This document shows, one piece after another, positions 24,119-33,682 of a DNA stretch of 64,000 nucleotides (within the stretch, counting starts at the first letter, position 1; each line of letters starts with the position of its first letter). The notes under the pieces are model-generated. The model was not told where the DNA came from and ran no database searches. It worked only from the letters and a program-made list of their open reading frames with translations. Origin of the DNA: an uncultured Alphaproteobacteria bacterium (GTDB lineage: Bacteria; Pseudomonadota; Alphaproteobacteria; Methylaequorales; Methylaequoraceae); assembly GCA_902540805.1 (NCBI GenBank), contig CACBON010000002.1, positions 27,322 through 91,321 on the forward strand. The letters are read 5' to 3'. A program made the position numbers and the translations under genes.

Positions 24119-25429
24119 TTAGGCATTCACATCAATATTATGATTACTAAATTTTTGATTTTTATTTTCAACATTTTTTTTATTCTTTTTGGAAATTTCA
24201 TTGTTTACCAAAAAATTTTCTCTTTCATTTTTTTGGTTAAAATAATTACTATTGTTATTTTCATTATTCATATTAGCTGAGAAACTTTTGCTTTCTTTAT
24301 CAATTGATTCTAAAAGTTTTGGAATATTGTCATTAAGGAGGCTCACAACATCCTGATTCTCTGAACCAATATTAATGGCTGTGACACTATTTTTTACAGA
24401 AACCTGGAGGTTTAATTTGCCTAAATTTTTGGGTTTAACCTGAATTTCTAATTTGTTTACACCATTATTAATTGCATTTTTTACAATTCTAGAGAATTTT
24501 TCGCCCCAGCTACTCTCTAATAAATCTAAAAAGATTTGTCCTTTATTTTGCATCTGATTGTCTTTAGTTTCCAAAGTTTTTGAAAAATCTTTATTGCTGA
24601 TTTCTCTTTTCTGACCTATTTGATTTTCTGCTGATTTTTTTATAATTTGAGAAAAATTAGTGTTTTTTCTATTCTCGATTTTGACTTGTTTTGTAACAAG
24701 GTCGTTGTTTTCAATTGTATCTTTTGCAGAAACTTTAAATTGTTTATTCTTTTTGTTTATTTTCTTGTTAATAATTGCAGTTTCAAAGTTTGAATTCTTG
24801 GCTTTGTAATTAAATTCATTTTGCTGCTTTAATACTTTACTATCAATTTGACTTTTATTTTCAGTATAATATTTTGGATTTTTTTCATTTTTGTTAATTC
24901 TTTTTGAAGATGAAGGACCTTTAATTATATTTATAACAATTTTTTTTGAATTTTCATTTTTAAACGCTAAATCAGATTCATTAGGATCCAATTTATTCTC
25001 TATAGCTATTTTTTTTTCCTCTGTTATAAAATTTTTATTTAATAATGGTTTTGGATTTTGATTTAAACTGTTTGGATTAGAATTTTTTGTTTGATTCAAA
25101 GGTTCGACAATACCAATTTCTTTATAAAACACCTCTATAAGTGATTTTGCAGTCTCGTATTCAGAATCTGTGACCTCTAATTTATTTCTCTGCTCGGAAG
25201 TTACTTTTAACAAACTCTTTTCAGAGATATTTTTATTTACATCCAAAAATCCTTCGGTATCAGTTTTTTGTAAGACCACATCTTTCAGCAAGTTTTTATT
25301 TTCAGGATCTAAACTATTTGTATTTATTAGTGCAAAGAGTTCAGCAAATAACTCATTTGTTTTTTCAGAATGTAAAGTTGAGTTTACGAAATTTATGTTT
25401 TTGCTAGTATCATTTTTTATTGCAACCAT
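24119..25429 (-). CDS. fliK: Flagellar hook-length control protein FliK
   Basis: Low-complexity N-terminal region plus C-terminal LEIQVKPKNLGKLNLQV; position before fliL. Confidence 0.85.
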   Translation of the reverse strand: MVAIKNDTSKNINFVNSTLHSEKTNELFAELFALINTNSLDPENKNLLKDVVLQKTDTEGFLDVNKNISEKSLLKVTSEQRNKLEVTDSEYETAKSLIEVFYKEIGIVEPLNQTKNSNPNSLNQNPKPLLNKNFITEEKKIAIENKLDPNESDLAFKNENSKKIVINIIKGPSSSKRINKNEKNPKYYTENKSQIDSKVLKQQNEFNYKAKNSNFETAIINKKINKKNKQFKVSAKDTIENNDLVTKQVKIENRKNTNFSQIIKKSAENQIGQKREISNKDFSKTLETKDNQMQNKGQIFLDLLESSWGEKFSRIVKNAINNGVNKLEIQVKPKNLGKLNLQVSVKNSVTAINIGSENQDVVSLLNDNIPKLLESIDKESKSFSANMNNENNNSNYFNQKNERENFLVNNEISKKNKKNVENKNQKFSNHNIDVNA

Positions 25430-25453
25430 AACTGCCCCTTGTTAAAGCAATTC

Positions 25454-25469
25454 TGCAATTATAATGCCA
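25454..25469 (-). promoter_or_regulatory. Sigma-54 promoter of fliKLMN
   Basis: TGGCATTATAATTGCA on the minus strand. Confidence 0.85.
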
Positions 25470-25472
25470 CTA

Positions 25473-25886
25473 TTAAAGAGAAACTGAATTTTTAGGTTTG
25501 AAATAATTTTCTTTTTTTAATTCTTTTACTTTATCTTCTTGAATTTTAATAAATTTCTTTTTTTCATTTATTTTTTCTTTTTGTTTTTCAATTTTTACTA
25601 TTTCTTTTAGATTATGACTAATTTCGTCTAAAACATGATTTTCCCTATTTTTTGAAACCTCAAGTTTATTTATTAAATTGCTGGTAAAAGAAGCTCTAAA
25701 TTTTAAATCTGAACCTGAAAGTTCACCAGATTCCTCTACGGCGCTTTGATTTAACATTTCATTCAACGTTTCTTTTACAAAATCTAACCTTTTTTTTTCA
25801 TCATTTAGTGTAGATAAATTGTTAAGTAGTTTATTTTTCTTTAATTTTTTGAGAGTTAAAAAAATATCATATTTATTTTTTTTCAT
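25473..25886 (-). CDS. fliJ: Probable flagellar export protein FliJ
   Basis: 137-aa coiled-coil ORF between fliI and fliK; call rests mainly on position. Confidence 0.65.
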   Translation of the reverse strand: MKKNKYDIFLTLKKLKKNKLLNNLSTLNDEKKRLDFVKETLNEMLNQSAVEESGELSGSDLKFRASFTSNLINKLEVSKNRENHVLDEISHNLKEIVKIEKQKEKINEKKKFIKIQEDKVKELKKENYFKPKNSVSL

Positions 25887-25890
25887 GTCA

Positions 25891-27210
25891 TCAGTTAATC
25901 TTTTTCAAGCTTGTTATGCTGTCTTCAAAACTCGATTTTTTTTTAAAGTGTTGTTTTATATGACTGCAAATTTTATTCCAATTATTTAATGCACTATCAA
26001 TTTCAGGGTTTTGCCCTTGGGCATATCCCCCCATAAGAATTAGATCTTTGTTTTCTTGGTATATGGAGTATAATTTTTTTACTAAATCAGAATGATTTTG
26101 ATGTTCCTCGGTAACAATAGAATTCATTACTCTACTTAATGATTGATTCAAATCAATTGCAGGAAAAATTCCAAGTTGTGCAAGTTCTCTAGATAATACA
26201 ATATGTCCATCTAATATTGCCCTGGCAGTGTCTACTACAGGATCGTTCGTATCATCAGAATCTGCCAGTATTGTATAGAAACTTGTTATAGTTCCTTCAT
26301 TTGTTGAACCGGCTCCAGTTCTTTCGATTAGATTTGGAATCATTGAAATTACAGATGTTGGGTATCCTTTTGAAGTAGGTTGTTCACCAAGTGCCAACCC
26401 CACCTCTCGTTTAGCATGTGCTATTCTGGTAAGAGAGTCCATAATAAGCAAAACGTTTTTTCCTTTAGACCTAAAATATTCTGCAATTGAAGTTGCTCTT
26501 TCTGCTCCTTTAATTCTTAATAATGGCGATTTGTCTGCTGGCACGGCTACAGTGACAGTTCTTTTTCTTGATTCGTCATTCAATATTTCTGATACAAAAT
26601 TTCCTAACTCTCTTCCTCTTTCTCCGATGAGTGCTACAACAACAACATCAGCGTCAGTAAACTTAGTCATCATTCCAAGTAAAATAGATTTTCCAACTCC
26701 AGAACCTGCAATGATTCCAAGCCTTTGCCCCCTTCCTACAGTAAAAAGTGAATTGATCGCTCTAATACCAACATCTAGCACTTCATTTATTGGTTTTTTT
26801 GACATTGGGTTATCGGGTTTTCCATTAATTGGCCATGTTTCTGAAGAATCATTTATTTTTGCCCCTCCATCTATTGGATTCCCAAAAGCATCTAAAACCC
26901 TTCCAAGTAAATGAGAACCCACAATTACATCATTTGATGAATTTAAGACTCTTATTTCAGACCCCAAAATTATGTTTGCATTATTTTCATGAACGGCAAT
27001 AATATTTTTATTTTCTTTGAAACCAATGATTTCTCCCGTGACTATAGATTTGTCATTACATTCTATTTCACATGTTGTCCCGATTGGTGCGGGAAATGCT
27101 TCACATTCGACAACTTTACCGTCATATTTTGATGTTTTACTCTTATAGATCCTGTTTTGAGATATAGTATGTGAATCTACAGTCTGAAGTATTTTTTTTG
27201 CTATAACCAT
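25891..27210 (-). CDS. fliI: Flagellar export ATPase FliI
   Basis: GRGQRLGIIAGSGVGKS, IGERGRE, LLIMDSLTR, ILDGHIVLSR. Confidence 0.97.
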   Translation of the reverse strand: MVIAKKILQTVDSHTISQNRIYKSKTSKYDGKVVECEAFPAPIGTTCEIECNDKSIVTGEIIGFKENKNIIAVHENNANIILGSEIRVLNSSNDVIVGSHLLGRVLDAFGNPIDGGAKINDSSETWPINGKPDNPMSKKPINEVLDVGIRAINSLFTVGRGQRLGIIAGSGVGKSILLGMMTKFTDADVVVVALIGERGRELGNFVSEILNDESRKRTVTVAVPADKSPLLRIKGAERATSIAEYFRSKGKNVLLIMDSLTRIAHAKREVGLALGEQPTSKGYPTSVISMIPNLIERTGAGSTNEGTITSFYTILADSDDTNDPVVDTARAILDGHIVLSRELAQLGIFPAIDLNQSLSRVMNSIVTEEHQNHSDLVKKLYSIYQENKDLILMGGYAQGQNPEIDSALNNWNKICSHIKQHFKKKSSFEDSITSLKKIN

Positions 27211-27234
27211 TTACATTTAATTCTAAATAGAAGT

Positions 27235-28101
27235 TTATTTTTGAGAACTTAATTTGGCATCTTCAAGATCTTTCTCAATTTCATCAGGTATTGAAAATTT
27301 AATTTTTTTAGAAACAATATCACTCATCTCTATTGATCCTGATTTTATTCTCATATCACCTCGTTCAAGTTTTGCATCTTGATTGATTTCAAATGACAAA
27401 CTTAAATTATTTTTACTGTTGTAAACCTTTATAGCTTCAAAATCTTTTGGATTTAAAAAAACTACAATATTTTCAATTGAGTTTTCAATTGAATTAACAA
27501 CTTGCTTAATTTTTTCTTGAAAGAATTTATTGTTATTATCTATCTCGTAACCTAAAACTTCTTTTGATAAATTTGAAAGTAAATTAGTTATTGATTTGTT
27601 TAATTCATTAACAAATTCTGGTGTCATTTTAAAAATATTATCAGTTGTATTTTTAAGAGTCACAGCAAGTGACTTTTCTCCTTTTTGAAGCTCTTCGGTA
27701 GTTTTTTTTACTCCAAGTTTATAACCATTATTGTAATATTGTTTTGCCATATCATTGGCTAATTTTTGTGCTTCTTTTTCTGTATATATTTTTTCATTGT
27801 CTGGTTTTTTTTCATCGATAACATCACTTGTTGGTTCCTTGTCTTTACTTTCAGAAACCTCATTTAAATCTTTTGTTACTTCTTCTTTTTTTTCAGATGT
27901 TATTTCTTGATTTTTTTGTGCAAGGGATAACGGAGTAACTTTTTTAAACAAATTTGTGATGTTAGAAGTGATATCTGACTCTTTTACGAAGTCTTTGTTA
28001 CTTTTATTTAATAAACTAACAATTTCTTCAGTGCTTAGTGCTCCAGAAATTTTTTCATCACTTTTTTCCTGAGCTTCGGTTTTGTCTGTGAGTGGCATCA
28101 T
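27235..28101 (-). CDS. fliH: Flagellar assembly protein FliH
   Basis: YYNNGYKLG repeat, VFLNPKD, DAKLERGD; between fliG and fliI. Confidence 0.85.
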   Translation of the reverse strand: MMPLTDKTEAQEKSDEKISGALSTEEIVSLLNKSNKDFVKESDITSNITNLFKKVTPLSLAQKNQEITSEKKEEVTKDLNEVSESKDKEPTSDVIDEKKPDNEKIYTEKEAQKLANDMAKQYYNNGYKLGVKKTTEELQKGEKSLAVTLKNTTDNIFKMTPEFVNELNKSITNLLSNLSKEVLGYEIDNNNKFFQEKIKQVVNSIENSIENIVVFLNPKDFEAIKVYNSKNNLSLSFEINQDAKLERGDMRIKSGSIEMSDIVSKKIKFSIPDEIEKDLEDAKLSSQK

Positions 28102-29147
28102 ACGAAGTCATCTCCACCTCTTCCAGCAAGTACAATTGTTCCTTCGTCTGACATAGTTCTTGCTACATTGATGATGGCCTTCTGAGCCTCTTGAACTTCT
28201 GTAAGTCTCAATGGGCCAAGTACCTCCATTTCATCTCTGATGTTTGCCGAAGCTCTTTGAGACATGCACGAGAAAATCTTATCTTTCAATTCATCTTCTG
28301 TTCCTTTAAGCGCAATTATAAGAATTTCTTGATCAACATTTCTTAATAAAGTTTGCATGCTTCTATCATCCATTAAAATTAATGTATCAAAGGTAAACAT
28401 ACTTTCCTGAATTTCTTTAGCTAAATTTCTGTCCTTTTCACCTAACGTTTTCATGATTCTTTGTTCCATATTCTGCTTTGTAAAATTCATTATTGATGCA
28501 GCATCTTTTATTCCTCCGACTGATGAGGCTCGCAATGAAGTGTTTGTTTTAAATTTAAGTTGCATAACTCTTTCCAATTCTGCCAAAGCGTCTGGTTGAA
28601 CTGTTTCTAGAGTTGCAATACGATGAATAATATCAGATTGAGTTTCTTCGGGTAGCAAAGTTAAAACATCTGCTGCAACACCAGGCTCTAAATACGAAAT
28701 TATCAATGCCATTATTTGAGGATGTTCATCAGAAATTAACTCTGCAACTGATCTGGCATCCATCCAATCTAAAATTTCTATTGGCTTGTCACTTTCAGTA
28801 GGAGTAATTCTTCCAAGAACAGACTGAGCTTTATTTTCACCTAAAGCTTTTGTCATTACATTTCTAATGTAGTTTGTAGAACCCATACCCAAGTCAGTTT
28901 GTGTTTTTATTATGGCTAAAAATTCGTCTAAAACTCTATTCACAGTTTCTTGATCTAAACCTTGAACATTGTACATCTCTTTACCGAGTTGCTGCACTTC
29001 TTTTGGACCCAAATTTTTTAAAATTTCTGAAGCCTCTTCCTCGCCTAAAAGCATCATCAAAATAGCACATTTTTGAGTACTTGTTAATTGTTCATATTGC
29101 GACTTTTCTTCTTCTTCTTTATTTTCTTCCTTTGCTTTTTCAGCCAT
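28098..29147 (-). CDS. fliG: Flagellar motor switch protein FliG
   Basis: KCAILMMLLGEE, EHPQ, MFTFD, MSQRA, VQEAQKAI. Confidence 0.97.
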   Translation of the reverse strand: MAEKAKEENKEEEEKSQYEQLTSTQKCAILMMLLGEEEASEILKNLGPKEVQQLGKEMYNVQGLDQETVNRVLDEFLAIIKTQTDLGMGSTNYIRNVMTKALGENKAQSVLGRITPTESDKPIEILDWMDARSVAELISDEHPQIMALIISYLEPGVAADVLTLLPEETQSDIIHRIATLETVQPDALAELERVMQLKFKTNTSLRASSVGGIKDAASIMNFTKQNMEQRIMKTLGEKDRNLAKEIQESMFTFDTLILMDDRSMQTLLRNVDQEILIIALKGTEDELKDKIFSCMSQRASANIRDEMEVLGPLRLTEVQEAQKAIINVARTMSDEGTIVLAGRGGDDFV

Positions 29148-29171
29148 TTGAGTACTCCTTATTAATTTATA

Positions 29172-30896
29172 TTATACATCTTTTTTCATAAGTTGTCTGA
29201 ATACATTTGAAACTTTTCCAGCTTCATCTCCCACTATCATCCTGATAACAGCAACTTTATCGTCGTAAGTATTGGCCGTATCGAGCATATCTGCTGAAAT
29301 AGTTGATTTTTTTGGTTTAAGTTTAGCTTTTATGTCTTCAAGAGATTCGCCTTCTTGAACTTGAACTTCATCTTCTGCTTCTTCTGCCTCAAGATCAGCT
29401 TCAGAAGTACCACCTGGACCTGCAGCTGTTCCAGCTGAAGGAACTAAAATTCTATTTAACAATGGCTTTAATGCACCGAATGTTACGATTGCAAGAATTA
29501 GAACAGTCGATAACTGACCAACCATATTTTGAAACCATGATTGTTCATACCATTTAGTTGTTATAACATCCATTTCTTGGATAAAATCTCCACTTGTTAC
29601 AACAATTGTGTCTTCTCTATCCTCATTGAAACCAACTGCTTCTTTAACAAGAGAAGTAATTTTTTCTCTATCTTCTTCACTTATTGGCTCAGAGACAACT
29701 GTGCCTTCTGGAGTTTCAATCATTTTGTTTTTAACTAAAACAGCCGTCTTAACTTTCTTAATTTTTCCGATTTGACCAACAGTTGTACTAAGTTTTTTAC
29801 TAACCTCATAGTTTTTAACATTACTGGATGATCTTTGCTTGAATTCTGCTGGTTCCCCAGTTTCAGGAGCTGCAACCTGTAAATCAGCAGCTAGAGGTGC
29901 TTGGTTAGCTACAGCACCAGGAATACCTCTTGCCGGTCTATCAGTGGATTCGTCTTGACTATTTTGTTCACTTCTAGTCGAAATGCTCTCTGGATCAAAA
30001 ATTTCTTCTGTTGTTTGATTGCTTGTAAAATCCATTTCAACATTTACTTGTGCCGTTAAATTACCTGCACCAACGATTGGAGAAACTAATGATAAAATTC
30101 TTTCTCTGTATATTGATTCAATTTTTACTCTATGAGCTAACTGTTTTTCTGTCATTGCTAAATTTGGGTCATCTTCTGGTTTCGACAATAACGAACCATA
30201 TTGATCCACAACTGTTACGTTATCGGAAGTCATATTAGGAATTGATGATGATACTATATGAACAATTGATCTAATTTGCTCTAATCCTAAAGCTCTTCCA
30301 TCAGCTAGTTTCACAAATACAGATGCAGTGGGAGGAGAGGAGTCTCTGACAAAAACAGATTTTTCAGGAATTGCTAGATGTACTCTTGCTCCAATAATAT
30401 TAGCTATTTCATTTATCGATCTGGCAAGCTCTATTTCTTGCGTCTGTTTCATTTTCATAAATTCAACTGACCTACTTGTTCCCATTGGGATTTTTTCAAG
30501 AATATCATAACCTTGAGGAACTGAACTCGGCAAACCTTCTGCGGCAAGTTTCATCTTTGCTTCATAATATTCAGGCGACGGAACTAAAATTTCACCTGTA
30601 GTTCTGTCGATTGAAACATCAATTCCATTAGATCTTAAAACATCAATTACTCTGGATTTTTCATGTTCAGGTAAAGTTGCAAATAAAGTTGTTCTTGGGG
30701 GTTCTCTGAAAGATATAAAAAAAACTAAACCAAGAAAAATAACAAATAAAGTTATCATAACTGGAATAGATCTTTGAACAGCAGGTTCATTAGAAAATTT
30801 TTTAATTTTTTCTATGGAGTTAGTTATGTTTGACAACATTCCTTGATTTGATATTGAATTTTTTGTTATTTCAGTAGTTTGAATCTCTTCAGCCAT
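29172..30896 (-). CDS. fliF: Flagellar MS-ring protein FliF
   Basis: LAAEGLP, ELARSI, ARVHLAIP, PTASV, GIPGAVAN, AVGFNEDR. Confidence 0.96.
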   Translation of the reverse strand: MAEEIQTTEITKNSISNQGMLSNITNSIEKIKKFSNEPAVQRSIPVMITLFVIFLGLVFFISFREPPRTTLFATLPEHEKSRVIDVLRSNGIDVSIDRTTGEILVPSPEYYEAKMKLAAEGLPSSVPQGYDILEKIPMGTSRSVEFMKMKQTQEIELARSINEIANIIGARVHLAIPEKSVFVRDSSPPTASVFVKLADGRALGLEQIRSIVHIVSSSIPNMTSDNVTVVDQYGSLLSKPEDDPNLAMTEKQLAHRVKIESIYRERILSLVSPIVGAGNLTAQVNVEMDFTSNQTTEEIFDPESISTRSEQNSQDESTDRPARGIPGAVANQAPLAADLQVAAPETGEPAEFKQRSSSNVKNYEVSKKLSTTVGQIGKIKKVKTAVLVKNKMIETPEGTVVSEPISEEDREKITSLVKEAVGFNEDREDTIVVTSGDFIQEMDVITTKWYEQSWFQNMVGQLSTVLILAIVTFGALKPLLNRILVPSAGTAAGPGGTSEADLEAEEAEDEVQVQEGESLEDIKAKLKPKKSTISADMLDTANTYDDKVAVIRMIVGDEAGKVSNVFRQLMKKDV

Positions 30897-30913
30897 AATT
30901 TTTTCCTTTTAAT

Positions 30914-31252
30914 TTAAACAGGCATATTCATAATGTCTTTGTATGCACTCAGGACTTTATTTCTTACGTTCAAAGTCATTTGAAAACCCAGACTTGATAA
31001 TTGTTGTTGAATCATAACCTTGGTAAGATCGTTTTCTAATCCAAGTTCAAAGTTTTTTGTTAACTCAGCACTTTGTTTTTGAGTATCAGAAACTTCTTGA
31101 ATAGCTGATTTAATACTATCCAAAAAACCACCATCTTGTGGTTCCATAATTTTTGGAGACAGATTTGCAATATCCTCTTGAACTTTTTTTATTTCATTTT
31201 GATTGTTTGGTGTAATAACTGTTGGTTTTAAATTAGTAAGGTTTGGTTTCAT
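30914..31252 (-). CDS. fliE: Flagellar hook-basal body protein FliE
   Basis: C-terminal VRNKVLSAYKDIMNMPV. Confidence 0.95.
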   Translation of the reverse strand: MKPNLTNLKPTVITPNNQNEIKKVQEDIANLSPKIMEPQDGGFLDSIKSAIQEVSDTQKQSAELTKNFELGLENDLTKVMIQQQLSSLGFQMTLNVRNKVLSAYKDIMNMPV

Positions 31253-31268
31253 TATTTCTCCTTCAAAA

Positions 31269-32426
31269 TTAAGCTTGCATCAATTTTTTTTCTGACAAAT
31301 TTTCTTGAATGTTATTATAAAAATTACTTTCTTTCGAAACATCTATCATTATGTCTTTATCTTCAATTATATTTCTTTCAGAGAGAACTATAGCTCTTTG
31401 CAGAACATTTTCCAACTCTCTAACATTTCCGGGCCAACTATACTCTCTTAATATTTTTTGAGCATCTTTGTTGATGTAAGGTAGGGCGCTTTTTTCTGTG
31501 TGTCTATTCAATAAAGCTATACTAATTGGCAAAATATCATCAGGTCTTTCAGATAAATTATGTGTTTCTATTGGGAACACATTAAGTCTGTAATATAAAT
31601 CCTCTCTGAATTTTTTATCTTTTACTTCGTTTAACATATCTCTATTAGTTGTTGCAATTACTCGAACATTAACATCAATATCTCGTTGTCCGCCAATCGG
31701 TGTAACTTTTTTTTCTTGGAGAACTCTAAGAAGCTTAGCTTGAAGGGACAAAGGCATTTCAGATACTTCATCAAGAAGTAATGTTCCATTATCAGCAGCT
31801 CGAAAAATTCCTTTATTCGCAGAGGAAGCTCCTGTAAAAGCTCCTTTTTCATGTCCAAATAACATTGCTTCAAGCATATTTTCTGGTATCGCAGCACAAT
31901 TTATTGCAATAAAAGGTTTTTCATGTCTATCCGACTTTTTATGAATAAGATTGGAAATAACTTCTTTTCCAGTTCCAGTCGGTCCATGAATAAACACTGT
32001 AACATCTGTTTTTGAAACCTTTTCAACCATATTAATTAAAGAAAGTGTTTTCTTATCTGAGAAACTATACTTTTCCTTAGATATAATCTGAAAAATAATT
32101 TCTTTTATAACCTCATCCATAATCTGGAAAGAAATTTGAATATAAGCTCCGCCCATTTCTTTTTTTAAGTCATAACTACTATCATTTTCTGAATCCAAAA
32201 CTATTAATTTTGTAGAACCTATATTTCTAGCAATTTTAAGAATGTTTGATTGACCACCTTGTTGGTTTTCGAATTTTTTATCGATAATCAATGTGGATTG
32301 AGAACTTTTAATTTCACTGATCTCATCAGAATCAATTAATTTGATTTCCTTTCCTTTTTTACTAAAAAAATCATTTATATCATTGTGTACTTCAAAACAA
32401 TCTTTAATAATAAATATTTCCTTCAT
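31269..32426 (-). CDS. fleT: Sigma-54 activator lacking the C-terminal HTH (FleT-like)
   Basis: [35 protein letters not shown]; ends shortly after the AAA+ domain; heads fliEFGHIJ. ATG 32426 has an AAGGA RBS. Confidence 0.75.
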   Translation of the reverse strand: MKEIFIIKDCFEVHNDINDFFSKKGKEIKLIDSDEISEIKSSQSTLIIDKKFENQQGGQSNILKIARNIGSTKLIVLDSENDSSYDLKKEMGGAYIQISFQIMDEVIKEIIFQIISKEKYSFSDKKTLSLINMVEKVSKTDVTVFIHGPTGTGKEVISNLIHKKSDRHEKPFIAINCAAIPENMLEAMLFGHEKGAFTGASSANKGIFRAADNGTLLLDEVSEMPLSLQAKLLRVLQEKKVTPIGGQRDIDVNVRVIATTNRDMLNEVKDKKFREDLYYRLNVFPIETHNLSERPDDILPISIALLNRHTEKSALPYINKDAQKILREYSWPGNVRELENVLQRAIVLSERNIIEDKDIMIDVSKESNFYNNIQENLSEKKLMQA

Positions 32427-32459
32427 ACTTAAATCCTTTATTTTCGTTTTCAATCTAAA

Positions 32460-32475
32460 AGCAAAAATATTGCCA
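32460..32475 (-). promoter_or_regulatory. Sigma-54 promoter of fleT-fliEFGHIJ
   Basis: TGGCAATATTTTTGCT on the minus strand. Confidence 0.8.
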
Positions 32476-32517
32476 AATAAGAAAACGAATTTTTACAAAA
32501 TTAATTTTAAATAGTAA

Positions 32518-32530
32518 TATCAACTACTTA
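32518..32530 (+). promoter_or_regulatory. IHF binding site
   Basis: TATCAACTACTTA, an exact match to WATCAANNNNTTR, between enhancer and promoter. Confidence 0.65.
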
Positions 32531-32534
32531 GAAA

Positions 32535-32558
32535 TTTTTTTTTTTTTTAATTTTTTTT
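32535..32558. repeat. Poly-T tracts (T14-AA-T8)
   Basis: Directly visible homopolymers in the fleT-fleQ intergenic region. Confidence 0.85.
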
Positions 32559-32571
32559 AAAATTTGCTTAT

Positions 32572-32587
32572 TGTCAGTTTTCTGACA
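32572..32587. promoter_or_regulatory. FleQ-like enhancer box (UAS)
   Basis: Palindrome TGTCAG-TTTT-CTGACA, about 130 bp upstream of the predicted fleT TSS and 30 bp upstream of the fleQ ATG. Confidence 0.7.
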
Positions 32588-32617
32588 TTATTTTATTTAT
32601 AAATAAGTTAATTTATT

Positions 32618-33682
32618 ATGTCTGAGATCATCAAAGGAAAATGTGAGGCAACTTTACAATTAAAAAAACTTGTAGAGATGGTTGCAAAATCAAATTCAAC
32701 AGTTTTACTTAGAGGTGAGACTGGGTGTGGTAAAGATGTGGTTGCCAGAGCTATTCATGAATCATCAAAAAGAAACGGTGAATTAATTAATGTTAATTGT
32801 GCAGCAATACCGTCTGAGCTTTTAGAATCTGAATTATTTGGTCACGAAAAAGGAGCATTTACTGGTGCAGATTCAAAAAGAGAAGGAAGATTCGAGGCTT
32901 CCAATAATGGCACCTTGTTTCTAGATGAAATAGGTGACATGCCTATGGCACTTCAGGCTAAATTACTCAGAGCGATTGAAACTAGAAAAATTCAACGAGT
33001 TGGAGGAAGAAAAGAGATTGATCTTAATTTAAGGCTTATTTGTGCTACTCACCAAGACATTGAAAAAAAAATTGATGAGGGTAATTTTAGGGCTGATCTA
33101 TTTTTTCGGATCAACGTATTTCCAATTGAAATTCCATCACTCGCAGAGAGAAAGGAGGATATTCCAATTCTTGTTAATCATATCTTAGAGGATTTAAAAT
33201 ACAGTGGATCTATTATTCCTCAAATTGATAATTCGGGAATAAAAGCGCTTCAAGAATATTTATGGCCAGGTAATGTAAGAGAATTAAAAAATGTTATTGA
33301 GAGGGCAGCAATAATCTTCCCAGAAAAAAGTATTAATGGCAAAAACATTAAAGAAAATTTGTTAAAAGTTAATTTACCTGACAACTCTCAAGAAAAAGAG
33401 GAGTTATGGGAAATGACTTCTGATCTTTCTCCAATAAAAATCGAAACGAGTTCTGATTCTCATTCAATGCCACACCCAAATCATTATAAAAAATGGTTTG
33501 ATTTCTTAGACAAGATAGATCTTCGTAGACATTTAAGTGATGTTGAATTTAACTTAATAGAAGGAGCACTAAAGAAAAGTAACGGATCTGTGACCGAGGC
33601 TTCGAAATGTTTAAAAATAAACAGAACGACTTTAATTGAAAAAATGAAAAAATACTCTATTCCTAAGCTCGGAAATGACTAA
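32618..33682 (+). CDS. fleQ: Flagellar master sigma-54 activator FleQ (no N-terminal sensory domain)
   Basis: [30 protein letters not shown] and Fis-type HTH ([20 protein letters not shown]); divergent from fleT. Confidence 0.8.
   Translation: MSEIIKGKCEATLQLKKLVEMVAKSNSTVLLRGETGCGKDVVARAIHESSKRNGELINVNCAAIPSELLESELFGHEKGAFTGADSKREGRFEASNNGTLFLDEIGDMPMALQAKLLRAIETRKIQRVGGRKEIDLNLRLICATHQDIEKKIDEGNFRADLFFRINVFPIEIPSLAERKEDIPILVNHILEDLKYSGSIIPQIDNSGIKALQEYLWPGNVRELKNVIERAAIIFPEKSINGKNIKENLLKVNLPDNSQEKEELWEMTSDLSPIKIETSSDSHSMPHPNHYKKWFDFLDKIDLRRHLSDVEFNLIEGALKKSNGSVTEASKCLKINRTTLIEKMKKYSIPKLGND

Noticed and set aside
18594-31252. Non-flagellar type III secretion (injectisome)
   Set aside because: FliE, FliG, FliM, FliL, FliK and MotAB are flagellum-specific; no secretin or needle genes.
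31269-32453. Truncated or pseudogenised FlrC/FleR response regulator
   Set aside because: AAA+ motifs intact and a clean stop just before fliE; lack of HTH matches FleT, and no cognate kinase is adjacent.
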